DNA from: a virus
Lineage: Duplodnaviria; Caudoviricetes
Virus record (IMG/VR): IMGVR_UViG_3300022173_000041
Coordinates: 9,678-73,677 of that record
Direction: 5' to 3' (one strand)
DNA: 64,000 bases
Under the pieces are notes generated by a model. The model searched no databases. It saw only the letters and a list, made by a program, of their open reading frames with translations, and was not told where the DNA came from. The position numbers and the translations under genes were made by a program. Positions 28,962 through 37,896 of the stretch are shown here, piece after piece (position 1 is the stretch's first letter; every line of letters begins with the position of its first letter).

Positions 28962-29366
28962 ATGGCACCAAGAAGTTCCATTACCCTAGACCTACCCTTA
29001 CCACCAAGCGTGAACCGTTTGTGGAAAATCGGCAAGAACAGAGCGACCGGCAAAAGCCAGATGTATCGCTCTCCAGAGTACGTGGAGTGGGTTCTGGAGG
29101 CCGGGCTGGAGATTATGGCCCAGAAGCCAAAACTCACCACGAAGGCTCTCAGCGGCTCCTACAGCATGATTATCAAGATGGCGCCCAGAAGTAGCTTGGC
29201 AGACGCTGATAACTTCCTGAAGGCCATCTCTGATCTGTTGCAAAAGCACAACATCATCGAAAACGACAAGCTTTGCAGAAAGCTTCTTGTGGTTTGGGAC
29301 GAGAAGCTACCGGTAGCGTGCCGGGTAACGGTGAGGTCTACATCTAGCAGCTTGACGATTGCATGA
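28962..29366 (+). CDS. rusA: RusA-family Holliday junction resolvase
   Basis: LPLPPSVNRLW, DADNFLKAISDLL, IENDK. Confidence 0.8.
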   Translation: MAPRSSITLDLPLPPSVNRLWKIGKNRATGKSQMYRSPEYVEWVLEAGLEIMAQKPKLTTKALSGSYSMIIKMAPRSSLADADNFLKAISDLLQKHNIIENDKLCRKLLVVWDEKLPVACRVTVRSTSSSLTIA

Positions 29367-29512
29367 CAGCCATGCAGAAATGAAGAGGCCCCAGCGCGAG
29401 AGGGAACACACGCTGGGGCCAGAAACACGTCGCTAACTCTTGGAAGGCAGCGCCATGCTTGATTTCCAATATACATACGGTCTTTTCGTTCCGCAAGCCA
29501 TGCGTGAATTGC

Positions 29513-30280
29513 ATGCTTGATCCCTCATCCATTGATGCTCTCGTCGCCGCTGGTGTCACCACTGAGCAGCTCGCCGCTGTGATCAAAGCGGAGATGGCGG
29601 CTGACCATGAAAAGCTGCTGGAACGGAGAGTGTATGAGAGAAATCGTAAGCGAATTCAACGATCACGTCCCCGGGACATCGCGGGACAACCGGGGACAAC
29701 CCTCCCCCCTTGTCCCCCCCTTGATAAAGAAAAGGTCCCCACACCCCTAAAAGAAATTAATCCCCCCCTTAATCCCCCCACCCCTATAAATTTAACTATC
29801 ACCGAATTTTCGGAATTCTGGGAAGCCTACCCGCTCAAAACCGGCAAGAAAGCTGCTTGGAAAGCCTTCGACAAGGCTAGAAAGTTCGCAAAGACACCCC
29901 AGATGCTGGATGGTTTGCATCGGTACATCGCCAACAAACCGCCTGACCAAGCCTTCTGCCACGCCTCGACTTGGCTCAACGGGCATCGCTGGGAGGATGA
30001 AAATCCGCCACTGGTGCAGACCACCAACCACATTTCTGCCAAGCCACTTACACCCCGACAGCAGATACTGCTCAACAACATGGAGATAACCCGTGCCCTC
30101 CAGAACGGAACCCTCAAGCCAAGCGCTTACCACCCTTCAGCAGAGCGCGACCTTGGAGGCCAAGAGGAAATCCTGCGCCCACTGGGCCTCCCAGCTCCAA
30201 AAGATGTTTCCCCAGACGGAAAGTCCGATTACCCCAGAATTCATGCTGGCAATGGCAGCGACCATGGAGAGCTATTCTGA
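29513..30280 (+). CDS. Replication initiator-like protein
   Basis: ERNRKRIQR, low-complexity linker, FSEFWEAYP.K.GKKAAWKAF, HASTWLNGHRWEDE. Confidence 0.75.
   Translation: MLDPSSIDALVAAGVTTEQLAAVIKAEMAADHEKLLERRVYERNRKRIQRSRPRDIAGQPGTTLPPCPPLDKEKVPTPLKEINPPLNPPTPINLTITEFSEFWEAYPLKTGKKAAWKAFDKARKFAKTPQMLDGLHRYIANKPPDQAFCHASTWLNGHRWEDENPPLVQTTNHISAKPLTPRQQILLNNMEITRALQNGTLKPSAYHPSAERDLGGQEEILRPLGLPAPKDVSPDGKSDYPRIHAGNGSDHGELF
29666..29716 (+). repeat. Iteron-like GGGACA repeats in the initiator gene (putative origin)
   Basis: GGGACA at 29673, 29683, 29693 (10-bp spacing) plus inverted TGTCCC at 29711, followed by an A-rich tract. Confidence 0.55.
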
Positions 30281-30707
30281 GAAGGTCTTGGCAGAGGTTT
30301 GCGGCTACCACGGCATCGTAACCAAGCAGAAGTTCCTCCCGACAGTCTCTGAGCTGAAAGCCGCCTTGGACGAAGCAGCTAGACCGGAAGTCGAAGAGGC
30401 TGCCAGACTAAAGGTCCGGGTTGAGGCAGCTCAAATCAGAGCAGAGGTTAACCGGATTGCAACTGAGAGGGAAACCAGACCGACTTACGAAGAGCTGATT
30501 GCCACTTTGCCGCCGTCCCTGCGATTGAATAAAAACAATCACGTAGTTCCTATGACGCGGGATGAATTCTTCACAAAATTCCCGCATGTGACATCAGAAC
30601 AATTAGACGCTGTACCTGACGCAAAGGACTTTGACTGGAAGACATACCGATCAACATTGCCGACATTGCCAGCGCCAGAAGAAAAAAATCCATTCGAGGA
30701 CTTGTAA
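30093..30707 (+). CDS. Putative helicase loader/inhibitor-like replication protein
   Basis: FLPTVSEL motif; directly follows and overlaps the initiator; start uncertain. Confidence 0.5.
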   Translation: MPSRTEPSSQALTTLQQSATLEAKRKSCAHWASQLQKMFPQTESPITPEFMLAMAATMESYSEKVLAEVCGYHGIVTKQKFLPTVSELKAALDEAARPEVEEAARLKVRVEAAQIRAEVNRIATERETRPTYEELIATLPPSLRLNKNNHVVPMTRDEFFTKFPHVTSEQLDAVPDAKDFDWKTYRSTLPTLPAPEEKNPFEDL

Positions 30708-30717
30708 CATTCCACCC

Positions 30718-30736
30718 CAGACACAATCTGTGTCTG
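30718..30736. promoter_or_regulatory. Palindromic operator candidate CAGACACA-ATC-TGTGTCTG
   Basis: Perfect 8-bp inverted repeat upstream of the AAA gene; related copies at 27248, 33536, 46597. Confidence 0.55.
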
Positions 30737-30762
30737 ACTGGAAATGTTACAAAAGAGGGAAA

Positions 30763-32583
30763 ATGACAACCGCAAAGAATACAATTGTCAGCATTGAGCT
30801 GGAAACTTCTCTTCACAATGAGAAGCTCTTCACCAAAGATGGTGTAAACAAGCTTCTCGTTGAGAAGGATATCCCGGGATCGTTCGAATACTTTCGTCAT
30901 GGTGGCGTCGAGGGTATCGACATCTCTCGCGGCGATGCTCACTTTCGGAATGCACTTTCGAGGGTAATGCAAGAATGTATTGGCCACGCCAAGAATTCTG
31001 CACTGGGTCATCGCTACCCTCTGGACCTTCTTGCCAGAAACAAGAACCGCTGGGTTTCTTCATTGGCTCAGTATGGTTATGGCTACATCGAAGGTGGCTA
31101 TGATCATGATGGTGATCCGGTCGATGAGAACAAGGCTCCTCAGATTGAAGTCATCCTGAAGCTTCTGGAAACTCGCCTAAAGGAAATCGAAAGCGCGGTC
31201 GCAAGACAGGTTGCCAACGGGCAAATCTCTTTTGACGATCTTCCGTTCTTCTATTCTCGCGGCAAGGAAGTGTATATCTCTGACGATGATGGAGAAGTCA
31301 TCGCCGGTACGGTAGACGCTGCAAGCATCCAGAAGACTTGGTTCGGCTCTCAGTATCTGGCTGTTTCTCTGAATATCATCCATGGCGTCAATGGAGCGTT
31401 GGCGCCGGGCAAGTATCAGGCAACACTGCCTGAATACAACGGAACCATCAGCCTCAATGAACTTGCTATCAAGCCTATGTCAGATGAGCTTCGCTTGAGG
31501 CTTATTGAGCGTGGCAAGTTGGCAAAGCGTTGTGCCATTGGCCCGACTTATCTGTCTTACTCTGGACATCTCTCTCGCTCTACGTGGTGGAGTAATGAGA
31601 CATTCAGGGCAGACGGTCGCGTCATGGTCGATGTCGGCTCATTCAAGCGAGTGGACAACGATCAGTTCTCCAAGGAACAGCGCGCGACTGGTATCGCTGG
31701 AATGCGAGACAGTGACGGGAATGTTGGAGCTTCTCTCAACTTCAATCCTTCCGATGCTGATCTGTGGAGGTGCTATCCGTATGTTTACGGGTTTAGCTTC
31801 CGCGCCAAGCGCTGGGGCCGGTTGGCTCTAAGTGGCTTGACAGATATCGCATGGCGATCCGACAGCTTCGACAAACTGGTTCTGCCTGAAGACGAGAAGG
31901 CCATGGTCAGGGCTCTGGTCGAGCATAACGATGGCTCGTTCGAAGACTTGATCGATGGTAAGGGTGGCGGCTGCATCTTCTTGCTGCACGGTCCTCCCGG
32001 TCAGGGCAAGACGCTTACTGCTGAGACAATTGCAGAGCTTCTCAAGAAGCCCCTGTATGCGATCTCGGTGGGTGAGCTTGGGGTTACGCCAGACCAACTG
32101 GAAGAGCGCCTGAGAGCGATCTTGGACGTGGCTACAGTCTGGGACGCTGTGATCCTGCTGGATGAGGCAGACATCTATCTGGAAGCCAGAGACGAGAAAG
32201 ACATCACGCGAAATGCCATGGTTGGCGTATTCCTGCGGTTGCTTGAATACCATCACGGCGTTCTGTTCCTGACCACGAACCGGGTGAAGAACATCGATAC
32301 GGCATTCTATTCCCGTATCTCGGTTGCGCTTCACTTCGCTCATGGTGACAACAGCAAGCGTGAGAAAATCTGGAACAACCTTCTGGATAGTGCTGGTATT
32401 CAGGGGATCAACGCGAAAGAGCTTTCGTTGATCGACATCAACGGGCGCCAGATCAAGAACGCTATCCGATTGAGCCAGACACTGGCTAAGTCTGAAAGCA
32501 AAAAGGTTGACATCAAGACCTTGGAAAAGGTAATAGAATTGATGACGGCTTTCGACAGAGAGCGGTCACAGGGCAGCGTATAA
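30763..32583 (+). CDS. AAA+ ATPase of the type expanded in fungi (long N-domain + AAA)
   Basis: FDKLVLP, DLIDGKGGGCIFLLHGPPGQGKTLTAE, VILLDEAD, FLRLLEY, LFLTTNRV, INGRQIKNA; AAGAGGG RBS. Confidence 0.9.
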   Translation: MTTAKNTIVSIELETSLHNEKLFTKDGVNKLLVEKDIPGSFEYFRHGGVEGIDISRGDAHFRNALSRVMQECIGHAKNSALGHRYPLDLLARNKNRWVSSLAQYGYGYIEGGYDHDGDPVDENKAPQIEVILKLLETRLKEIESAVARQVANGQISFDDLPFFYSRGKEVYISDDDGEVIAGTVDAASIQKTWFGSQYLAVSLNIIHGVNGALAPGKYQATLPEYNGTISLNELAIKPMSDELRLRLIERGKLAKRCAIGPTYLSYSGHLSRSTWWSNETFRADGRVMVDVGSFKRVDNDQFSKEQRATGIAGMRDSDGNVGASLNFNPSDADLWRCYPYVYGFSFRAKRWGRLALSGLTDIAWRSDSFDKLVLPEDEKAMVRALVEHNDGSFEDLIDGKGGGCIFLLHGPPGQGKTLTAETIAELLKKPLYAISVGELGVTPDQLEERLRAILDVATVWDAVILLDEADIYLEARDEKDITRNAMVGVFLRLLEYHHGVLFLTTNRVKNIDTAFYSRISVALHFAHGDNSKREKIWNNLLDSAGIQGINAKELSLIDINGRQIKNAIRLSQTLAKSESKKVDIKTLEKVIELMTAFDRERSQGSV

Positions 32584-32610
32584 CTTCTCCGGGTACGCAA
32601 CCCAAACTTC

Positions 32611-32648
32611 AGAGCCCGACGCTGTTATGGCGCCGGGCTCTTTCTTTA
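32611..32648 (+). terminator. Rho-independent terminator
   Basis: AGAGCCCG...CGGGCTCT stem then TTCTTT, between convergent genes. Confidence 0.75.
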
Positions 32649-32909
32649 TGAGTTTATGATCTCTTCAGCTTTGCATATATCTTCTTCTGAGAATTCATCA
32701 TCGCTCATCCTGTTACTTTCAAACCAAGATGGCCTCTCGTAAATTTTATCCCAGCCGGTATTGTCGATATCCAGCCAATGATCTTTCGTTCCTGTGTGAT
32801 ATGCATATAGCTGCTTACAATCAGGGGATACATACAAGGAGTAGATGTTTCCGTCCATGCATGCTATTCTGTGAGCAATCCAACTCGGGTAGCTTTTTAG
32901 AATATTCAT
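32646..32909 (-). CDS. Small protein with acidic C-terminal tag (EFSEEDICKAEEIINS)
   Basis: 87 aa, coupled to upstream gene. Confidence 0.7.
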   Translation of the reverse strand: MNILKSYPSWIAHRIACMDGNIYSLYVSPDCKQLYAYHTGTKDHWLDIDNTGWDKIYERPSWFESNRMSDDEFSEEDICKAEEIINS

Positions 32910-33199
32910 TTGAACGGGTTCTCCTCTTCAGCGCTGATCATGCTCATGGCGGCTTCCACTTCCTCCAAAGAGAAATCGCCTCCCGGGTCACGCTTGATCG
33001 GCTGGCGATAGACCATGACACTTCCCATGACTTGCTTACGGATATCTGCCAAGCGAGAAACAATGGTCCTGACGCTCTCAACGTTCTTGGCATTAGGATA
33101 TGCAGCAAGCTTATTGATAAGCTCTTCCTCGTAAGCCTTGATGATATTGCTGGCGCGGGTCCGTTCAAAAGAACGGATCATGTCTTTAGTCGTGCCCAT
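32906..33199 (-). CDS. Small protein with acidic C-terminal tag (DFSLEEVEAAMSMI)
   Basis: 97 aa. Confidence 0.7.
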   Translation of the reverse strand: MGTTKDMIRSFERTRASNIIKAYEEELINKLAAYPNAKNVESVRTIVSRLADIRKQVMGSVMVYRQPIKRDPGGDFSLEEVEAAMSMISAEEENPFK

Positions 33200-33500
33200 A
33201 GATAATCTCCTCCGCGCTCATCATGTCCTCATCAGAGAATTCAGGCTTGGGAAGCCTGCCAACCTTATCCAGATCGACCATTAGATGAGGGTCAAGCCAT
33301 TCAGGGATGGACTTACTGTGGTCCCAGTATTTCTTTTTTTTTGCACTGGCTTCTCGCCAGATAAACGCAGCGACCCTCCCATACATGACGTGCTTCCCTT
33401 TAATTGGGATAGAGACGATTGTGTCCCTTTCTGGGAAATAGGCGCATTTGGCACCGTCCAGTTCATCATCAACGATGGTGTCGATCTCATCTCTAGTCAT
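33186..33500 (-). CDS. Small protein with acidic C-terminal tag (EFSDEDMMSAEEII)
   Basis: 104 aa; AAGAGGG RBS. Confidence 0.7.
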   Translation of the reverse strand: MTRDEIDTIVDDELDGAKCAYFPERDTIVSIPIKGKHVMYGRVAAFIWREASAKKKKYWDHSKSIPEWLDPHLMVDLDKVGRLPKPEFSDEDMMSAEEIIYGHD

Positions 33501-33562
33501 GGTTTCCCTCTTACGTTCTTTGTGTTAAATAAACCCAGATTGTGTCACTCTCAAGGGGTCAA

Positions 33563-34069
33563 ATGGGCGTCCTTCGCAACATCAACGATGAGCGGTTTTG
33601 TCAGTTAGTGGTCTCGGGCATGGAACCGGGAGAGGCTTACAAGACGGTCGGGTATACTGCCAAGAACCCGGGTTATGCAGCCAGCCGCAAGATGGCCAAG
33701 CCCGTGGTTAGGAAGCGCATGGAGGAGCTTCTGGACGTTGGCGCCAGAAAGGCCATGCTAAGCCGCTCCATGATCCTACAGCGCATTTATGAGGACTGGG
33801 AGCTATCCCGAAAGCTGGGCCAGATGGCCAGCGCCATCTCTGCTGGCAAGCTTATGGGCATGGAGCTGCATAAGATGTTCATTGAGCGCAAGGAGATTGG
33901 CGGGCCGGGAGACTTCGACGCCAAGAGCCCTGAAGAGCTTCTTGAGTATATCAAGAAGGAACTAGGGGAGTTGGGGATGGACGCGAAGGACGTAACCAAG
34001 ACACTTGGTATAAATCTGGATGATCATCAAGCGCTTACACTAATACCGCCAGAGAAATCCAAGGTCTAA
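33563..34069 (+). CDS. terS: Terminase small subunit
   Basis: ERFCQLVV.G....EAYK.VGY......AASR....PVV.KR.EEL N-terminal HTH; AISAGKLMG; KSPEELLEYI. Confidence 0.7.
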   Translation: MGVLRNINDERFCQLVVSGMEPGEAYKTVGYTAKNPGYAASRKMAKPVVRKRMEELLDVGARKAMLSRSMILQRIYEDWELSRKLGQMASAISAGKLMGMELHKMFIERKEIGGPGDFDAKSPEELLEYIKKELGELGMDAKDVTKTLGINLDDHQALTLIPPEKSKV

Positions 34070-34386
34070 CTTTGTATAAATTCAATTGCTTTGGTTATTT
34101 CGTCTTCTTCGAAATCAATATTCCTGAGTTCTCTCAGTCTGGTTGGGTCAATATCACCACTTTCCCAACGTGGAATGAGTTCGCCAAACTCATTGATTGA
34201 TGAGCTGGTGGAAAACCAAGTCTGTATCCTTCCTGTTGGATGATCATAATCCTTTGTCACGCAGAGTTTGCCGCGAAGAGTATTATGCCAAGTTTGTTTC
34301 TGGTTAATCCAGCTTTGCATATTCTCCTGACCGGTCAAATTCCAGACACGATCAGGATCAAGCAAGAGTTCATTTTTGTAACCCAT
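34066..34386 (-). CDS. Small protein with acidic C-terminal tag (DFEEDEITKAIEFIQS)
   Basis: 106 aa. Confidence 0.7.
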   Translation of the reverse strand: MGYKNELLLDPDRVWNLTGQENMQSWINQKQTWHNTLRGKLCVTKDYDHPTGRIQTWFSTSSSINEFGELIPRWESGDIDPTRLRELRNIDFEEDEITKAIEFIQS

Positions 34387-34780
34387 TTCTCTCCTCCTCT
34401 ATTTCATCCATGATGATCTGAGCCAGCTCAATGTCGTCACCATCTAGCTCACCTTCCATGTCGATCATGGTATTGGAACTAAGGTACGGCGCTACATACA
34501 AATCCCATTCTTCTTGGGACGTAATTCTATACTGCCAGAGAGGAAGCCCAGATATCATTCCGTGTGATATGTGGATATCCCTAACTGAGCCATCAACGAA
34601 ATGTCTTACCATCTTTGCAAACCAACCCCTTTTGGTTTGGTAGAAAGATATTCCTACAAGTCCCTGATCATCACCATTGGCGCCCCAATGTTCCTCGCAC
34701 CGACGAATTAAGTAGTCGGAAGGCTCAAGGTCCCATATGCGCTCACTATCTGTACCAAACTCCTCTATATTTAACATCAT
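34370..34780 (-). CDS. Small protein with acidic C-terminal tag (ELDGDDIELAQIIMDEI)
   Basis: 136 aa; GAGGG RBS. Confidence 0.7.
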   Translation of the reverse strand: MMLNIEEFGTDSERIWDLEPSDYLIRRCEEHWGANGDDQGLVGISFYQTKRGWFAKMVRHFVDGSVRDIHISHGMISGLPLWQYRITSQEEWDLYVAPYLSSNTMIDMEGELDGDDIELAQIIMDEIEEERNGLQK

Positions 34781-34798
34781 AAGTTTCTCCCTCGTTGT

Positions 34799-34837
34799 CG
34801 CTTATCACTAGCGCTCGAAAGCGCTAGGACATAAGCG
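34799..34837 (-). promoter_or_regulatory. Intergenic hairpin element E1 (3x2 internal loop)
   Basis: CGCUUAU-GUC-[CUAGCGCU UUCG AGCGCUAG]-UG-AUAAGCG. Confidence 0.75.
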
Positions 34838-35095
34838 TCAAGTCTTTAGCTTAGCCTCAATTCGATCCAGTTCTGCTCTGGCACCAGCAATGCTGTAGTG
34901 ATTGCTGTACTGGCTGAAACCACGCTGGATAATGCTGCATACGAACAGCACTCCAGCGATCCACTGCAACGCAGAGCTATCCAAAAGATAACCAATGTAG
35001 CAGGAGGCTATCAGACATCCGAAAGTGAAAAAGTCGCAGACTATACTTTCTGCGACTGTCTCATGCAGGATCATGATCTTAATTTTCTCACTCAT
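34838..35095 (-). CDS. Small two-TM membrane protein
   Basis: 85 aa, two hydrophobic helices; GGAGGG RBS. Confidence 0.65.
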   Translation of the reverse strand: MSEKIKIMILHETVAESIVCDFFTFGCLIASCYIGYLLDSSALQWIAGVLFVCSIIQRGFSQYSNHYSIAGARAELDRIEAKLKT

Positions 35096-35105
35096 TTTTC
35101 CCTCC

Positions 35106-35154
35106 TTGAGCAAAGGCGCTCAATGCTAGGGCTCGTAAGCCCTAGTGTTTGAAC
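35106..35154 (-). promoter_or_regulatory. Intergenic hairpin element E2
   Basis: GUUCAA-ACA-[CUAGGGCU UACG AGCCCUAG]-CA-UUGAGC-N6-GCUCAA-GGAGGG. Confidence 0.8.
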
Positions 35155-35237
35155 GTCTGCGACGAATGCGGGGCGGCAAGTTCGCAAGACCGTGAGGATT
35201 TATATGCTGTTCTCACCGCCCCTACCTCGCGCGAGGA

Positions 35238-36515
35238 TTACTTGTAGGGAACAGTCCTGCCATATGGCGCCTTAGCGCCACTGCCAGCCCAGTCCACCCA
35301 CACCACCGGAAAGTCAGGCTGTGGCCCAAAGCTTGAGGTATACATATCGGTCAGGAAGATACAGCCGATAACGTCTTCCATCTTGCCGATTTCTGTCATG
35401 GCGGAATTGAAATCGGTTCCACCACCACCACCAGCATTCCAGCCAATGATGTCCTCTTCTGACTTCGCTTCCAGAGTGTTCTGGATTTGTGTATCGACCG
35501 AAATCAGAGTGACGTGCGATACCAAGTCCTGATTGAGAAGGCTTGCAGCCTCTTCGCACATTTCTTGGATCATCTTCTGGCTAACTGAGCCAGACACGTC
35601 CAGACACATCACAAGCTTGTATACGTTATCGTTGCCATAACCGGGCATGTATTCGTCATTGCCCAGTCGGCGTCGATTAGGACGGGTCCACGTTCGCGTT
35701 GCCTTAGACTTGGCATCGCGAGACATATCGCGGATAAGGTCCTTCCAGTCGATCTTCTCCTTGGGGAAAAGATCACCGATCAGACGCTGGAGATTGCCCG
35801 GCAATGTACCGGGAGGAGACTTCTCCAGAGCGCTTGCGACAGTTCGCTTCCACTGCCGGTCGGCAGCTTCGCGTTCTTCGGGCGTGGTTTCGAACATGGT
35901 GCCGGGAGCTTCCCCATCACCTTCTTCGTCGCCATTGCCCTCGCCTTCACCCTCACCATCCTGATCTTCTTCTTCGTCACCTTCACCATCCTGAGGCTGG
36001 CCTTTCCCCTTTCCTTTCTGGGGTTTGCCTTTGCCTTTCTCGGACTTTCCTTTGCCGCCGTCCTTGCCTTCCTTGTCTTCCTTTTTCTGCTGCTTTTCCT
36101 CCTGCTGTTGCAGGATTTCATAGACAGCTTCGGCAGAAAGTTCGGCAAGCTTGTTATCGCGCAATGCATCACGTGGCATTGGGAAATAGTCTTCGACCAC
36201 CTTGTTGACAGGGAAGTCGCAGGCTTCATTCCACATCTTATTGTCGCGATATCGGCGCCGGGCAGGATGCATCATAGCGCAATGCAGGACGGTATGCAGA
36301 AGCACACCTTCCATGTATTTATCGTTCGCGGCATCGTCCACATATGCGGGATTGAAGAAGATATCGACCCCATCGGACCATACCGTCTTGTGAGATTTAC
36401 TCTCAACAAGATTTGCGCCAAACAGAATGGATGCAAAGAACGGATTGCGCTTTGCTACACGTTCCCGTGCAGTAAGCATTCGTCGCATTGCAGTTGGTTT
36501 CGTTATTCCAAACAT
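35238..36515 (-). CDS. DUF2201-type HExxH-like metallopeptidase + VWA domain protein
   Basis: LLHTVLHCAMMH, WNEACDFPVN, acidic linker, MIDAS-like DVSGS, GGGGTDF. Confidence 0.85.
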   Translation of the reverse strand: MFGITKPTAMRRMLTARERVAKRNPFFASILFGANLVESKSHKTVWSDGVDIFFNPAYVDDAANDKYMEGVLLHTVLHCAMMHPARRRYRDNKMWNEACDFPVNKVVEDYFPMPRDALRDNKLAELSAEAVYEILQQQEEKQQKKEDKEGKDGGKGKSEKGKGKPQKGKGKGQPQDGEGDEEEDQDGEGEGEGNGDEEGDGEAPGTMFETTPEEREAADRQWKRTVASALEKSPPGTLPGNLQRLIGDLFPKEKIDWKDLIRDMSRDAKSKATRTWTRPNRRRLGNDEYMPGYGNDNVYKLVMCLDVSGSVSQKMIQEMCEEAASLLNQDLVSHVTLISVDTQIQNTLEAKSEEDIIGWNAGGGGGTDFNSAMTEIGKMEDVIGCIFLTDMYTSSFGPQPDFPVVWVDWAGSGAKAPYGRTVPYK

Positions 36516-36533
36516 GAATTCTCCCTCTTGTTG

Positions 36534-36595
36534 TGAAGCAGATGTATTGGCGCTTCGTGCTGGGGGCGTGGGAAATCCGCCCCCAGTGTCGAAAC
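36534..36595 (-). promoter_or_regulatory. Intergenic hairpin element E3
   Basis: GUUUCG-ACA-[CUGGGGGCG..CGCCCCCAG]-CA-CGAAGC-N12-GCUUCA before AAGAGGG. Confidence 0.8.
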
Positions 36596-36609
36596 GTCAA
36601 GAGGTACCG

Positions 36610-37656
36610 TCAGACACCCTTGGACGCCTGCCCTTCGATCAGCAAAGCGGCGAGCGCTTCGTTGGTCTTCAGGGACTTGTCGCGACCCATGGCATCGGTA
36701 ACGCACATGGAGGCAACATCCGGTGACATACGTCCCAGATACTTTGCGAACGCGGCGGCATTCTTGGCCGTCAGGTTGCGCGCGATGGTACCAGCCATCA
36801 GATACTGGAAGTGAGCGTCACCGGGCATTTTGGCCTTCATCGGGTCAGCCAAGATGTCTGCGATCTTCGGCAGACCAGCCGCAAGCCGGTCCAAGAAAGC
36901 CGCAAACTGCCTTGAGAAGCCCTCACCCAGAATAGCCAGCGCGGCATTCTCCAAGACACCCTTCAGTGCCTTCGGGTCCATACCAGACGCCTCGGTGTCG
37001 CGCAGAACCTTGTTGAAGTTCTCCAGCGAGCGGGGCGTAGGAAAGGACGGATGATTGACATCGACCTTGTGGATCAGTTCAGGACGCAACTGGAGAAACG
37101 CAATCAGGCGCTTGTCCCAGCCCCACAGCTTGGTCTTTTCAGTGAAGCCGATTTCATCGACCTCGACCGTAATGTGGGCCATGCGGTTTTCCAGAGGCTT
37201 CAACATCTTGTTGTCGCCGCCTCCATCCTCACGGGTGTTTGAGCCCAGAATGATCCGGTTTTTCTTCGGAAGCGGATACCCACCGCACGAACGGTCCAGA
37301 ACCAACTGATAAGACATCTGCTGGAGCTGTACGTTCGCATGACCGAATTCGTCAAAGAACATGACGTGCATTTCGTCATCGTCCTTCGGAACGAACGCGG
37401 GCCGGGTCCAATGGGTAGACATTTCCTCGCGGTTGATCAGCGGCATACCGGTGCCGTCCACAATATCCTTTGTAGAAAGCCGGATGTCGTGCAACTGAGA
37501 TTTGGCGCCAAAGTCCGTTCGGATTTTGGTCATGATCTCAGAGTTGATCACCGCTGACTTGCCGACGCCGGTCGGTCCCTTGATCATGACCGGAATATCC
37601 GCATGGATCAGGGGATAGACAACGTTAGCAAGTTGGGTAATTTTGCACTTCAACAT
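36610..37656 (-). CDS. MoxR-like AAA+ ATPase
   Basis: GPTGVGKS, DIRLS, FFDEFG, NTREDGG, LENRM, FPTPRS. Confidence 0.85.
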   Translation of the reverse strand: MLKCKITQLANVVYPLIHADIPVMIKGPTGVGKSAVINSEIMTKIRTDFGAKSQLHDIRLSTKDIVDGTGMPLINREEMSTHWTRPAFVPKDDDEMHVMFFDEFGHANVQLQQMSYQLVLDRSCGGYPLPKKNRIILGSNTREDGGGDNKMLKPLENRMAHITVEVDEIGFTEKTKLWGWDKRLIAFLQLRPELIHKVDVNHPSFPTPRSLENFNKVLRDTEASGMDPKALKGVLENAALAILGEGFSRQFAAFLDRLAAGLPKIADILADPMKAKMPGDAHFQYLMAGTIARNLTAKNAAAFAKYLGRMSPDVASMCVTDAMGRDKSLKTNEALAALLIEGQASKGV

Positions 37657-37726
37657 AAATAGGTCTCCCTCTTAGAGCAGGATTGCTCAATCATGGACAG
37701 AAGTTACTCTGCCCATGGGTCAACAA

Positions 37727-37822
37727 TCAGTGGCCTTCATCTGGTAGTTTGGCTAGACGCGATATAGAAGCGATTAAACATACCGCTACCCATAAAGCGT
37801 ATAGGATAAAGAATATTTCCAA
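37727..37822 (-). CDS. 31-aa membrane peptide
   Basis: TTG start after AGAGGG; MEIFFILYALWVAVCLIASISRLAKLPDEGH*. Confidence 0.5.
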   Translation of the reverse strand: MEIFFILYALWVAVCLIASISRLAKLPDEGH

Positions 37823-37860
37823 TTTCCCTCTCTTACTCGCGCCTTTGTAGAAAGCACGAT

Positions 37861-37889
37861 TATGGGGCGTTTTTTAGGCGCCCCATAGG
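37861..37889 (-). terminator. Hairpin after the DUF3150-like gene (terminator-like)
   Basis: TATGGGGCG...CGCCCCATA inverted repeat just past the stop; weak U-tract. Confidence 0.45.
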
Positions 37890-37896
37890 CTTGCTC

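Noticed and set aside
35900-36110. Acidic/Lys low-complexity purine-skewed tract
   Set aside because: It is the ordinary linker between the peptidase and VWA parts
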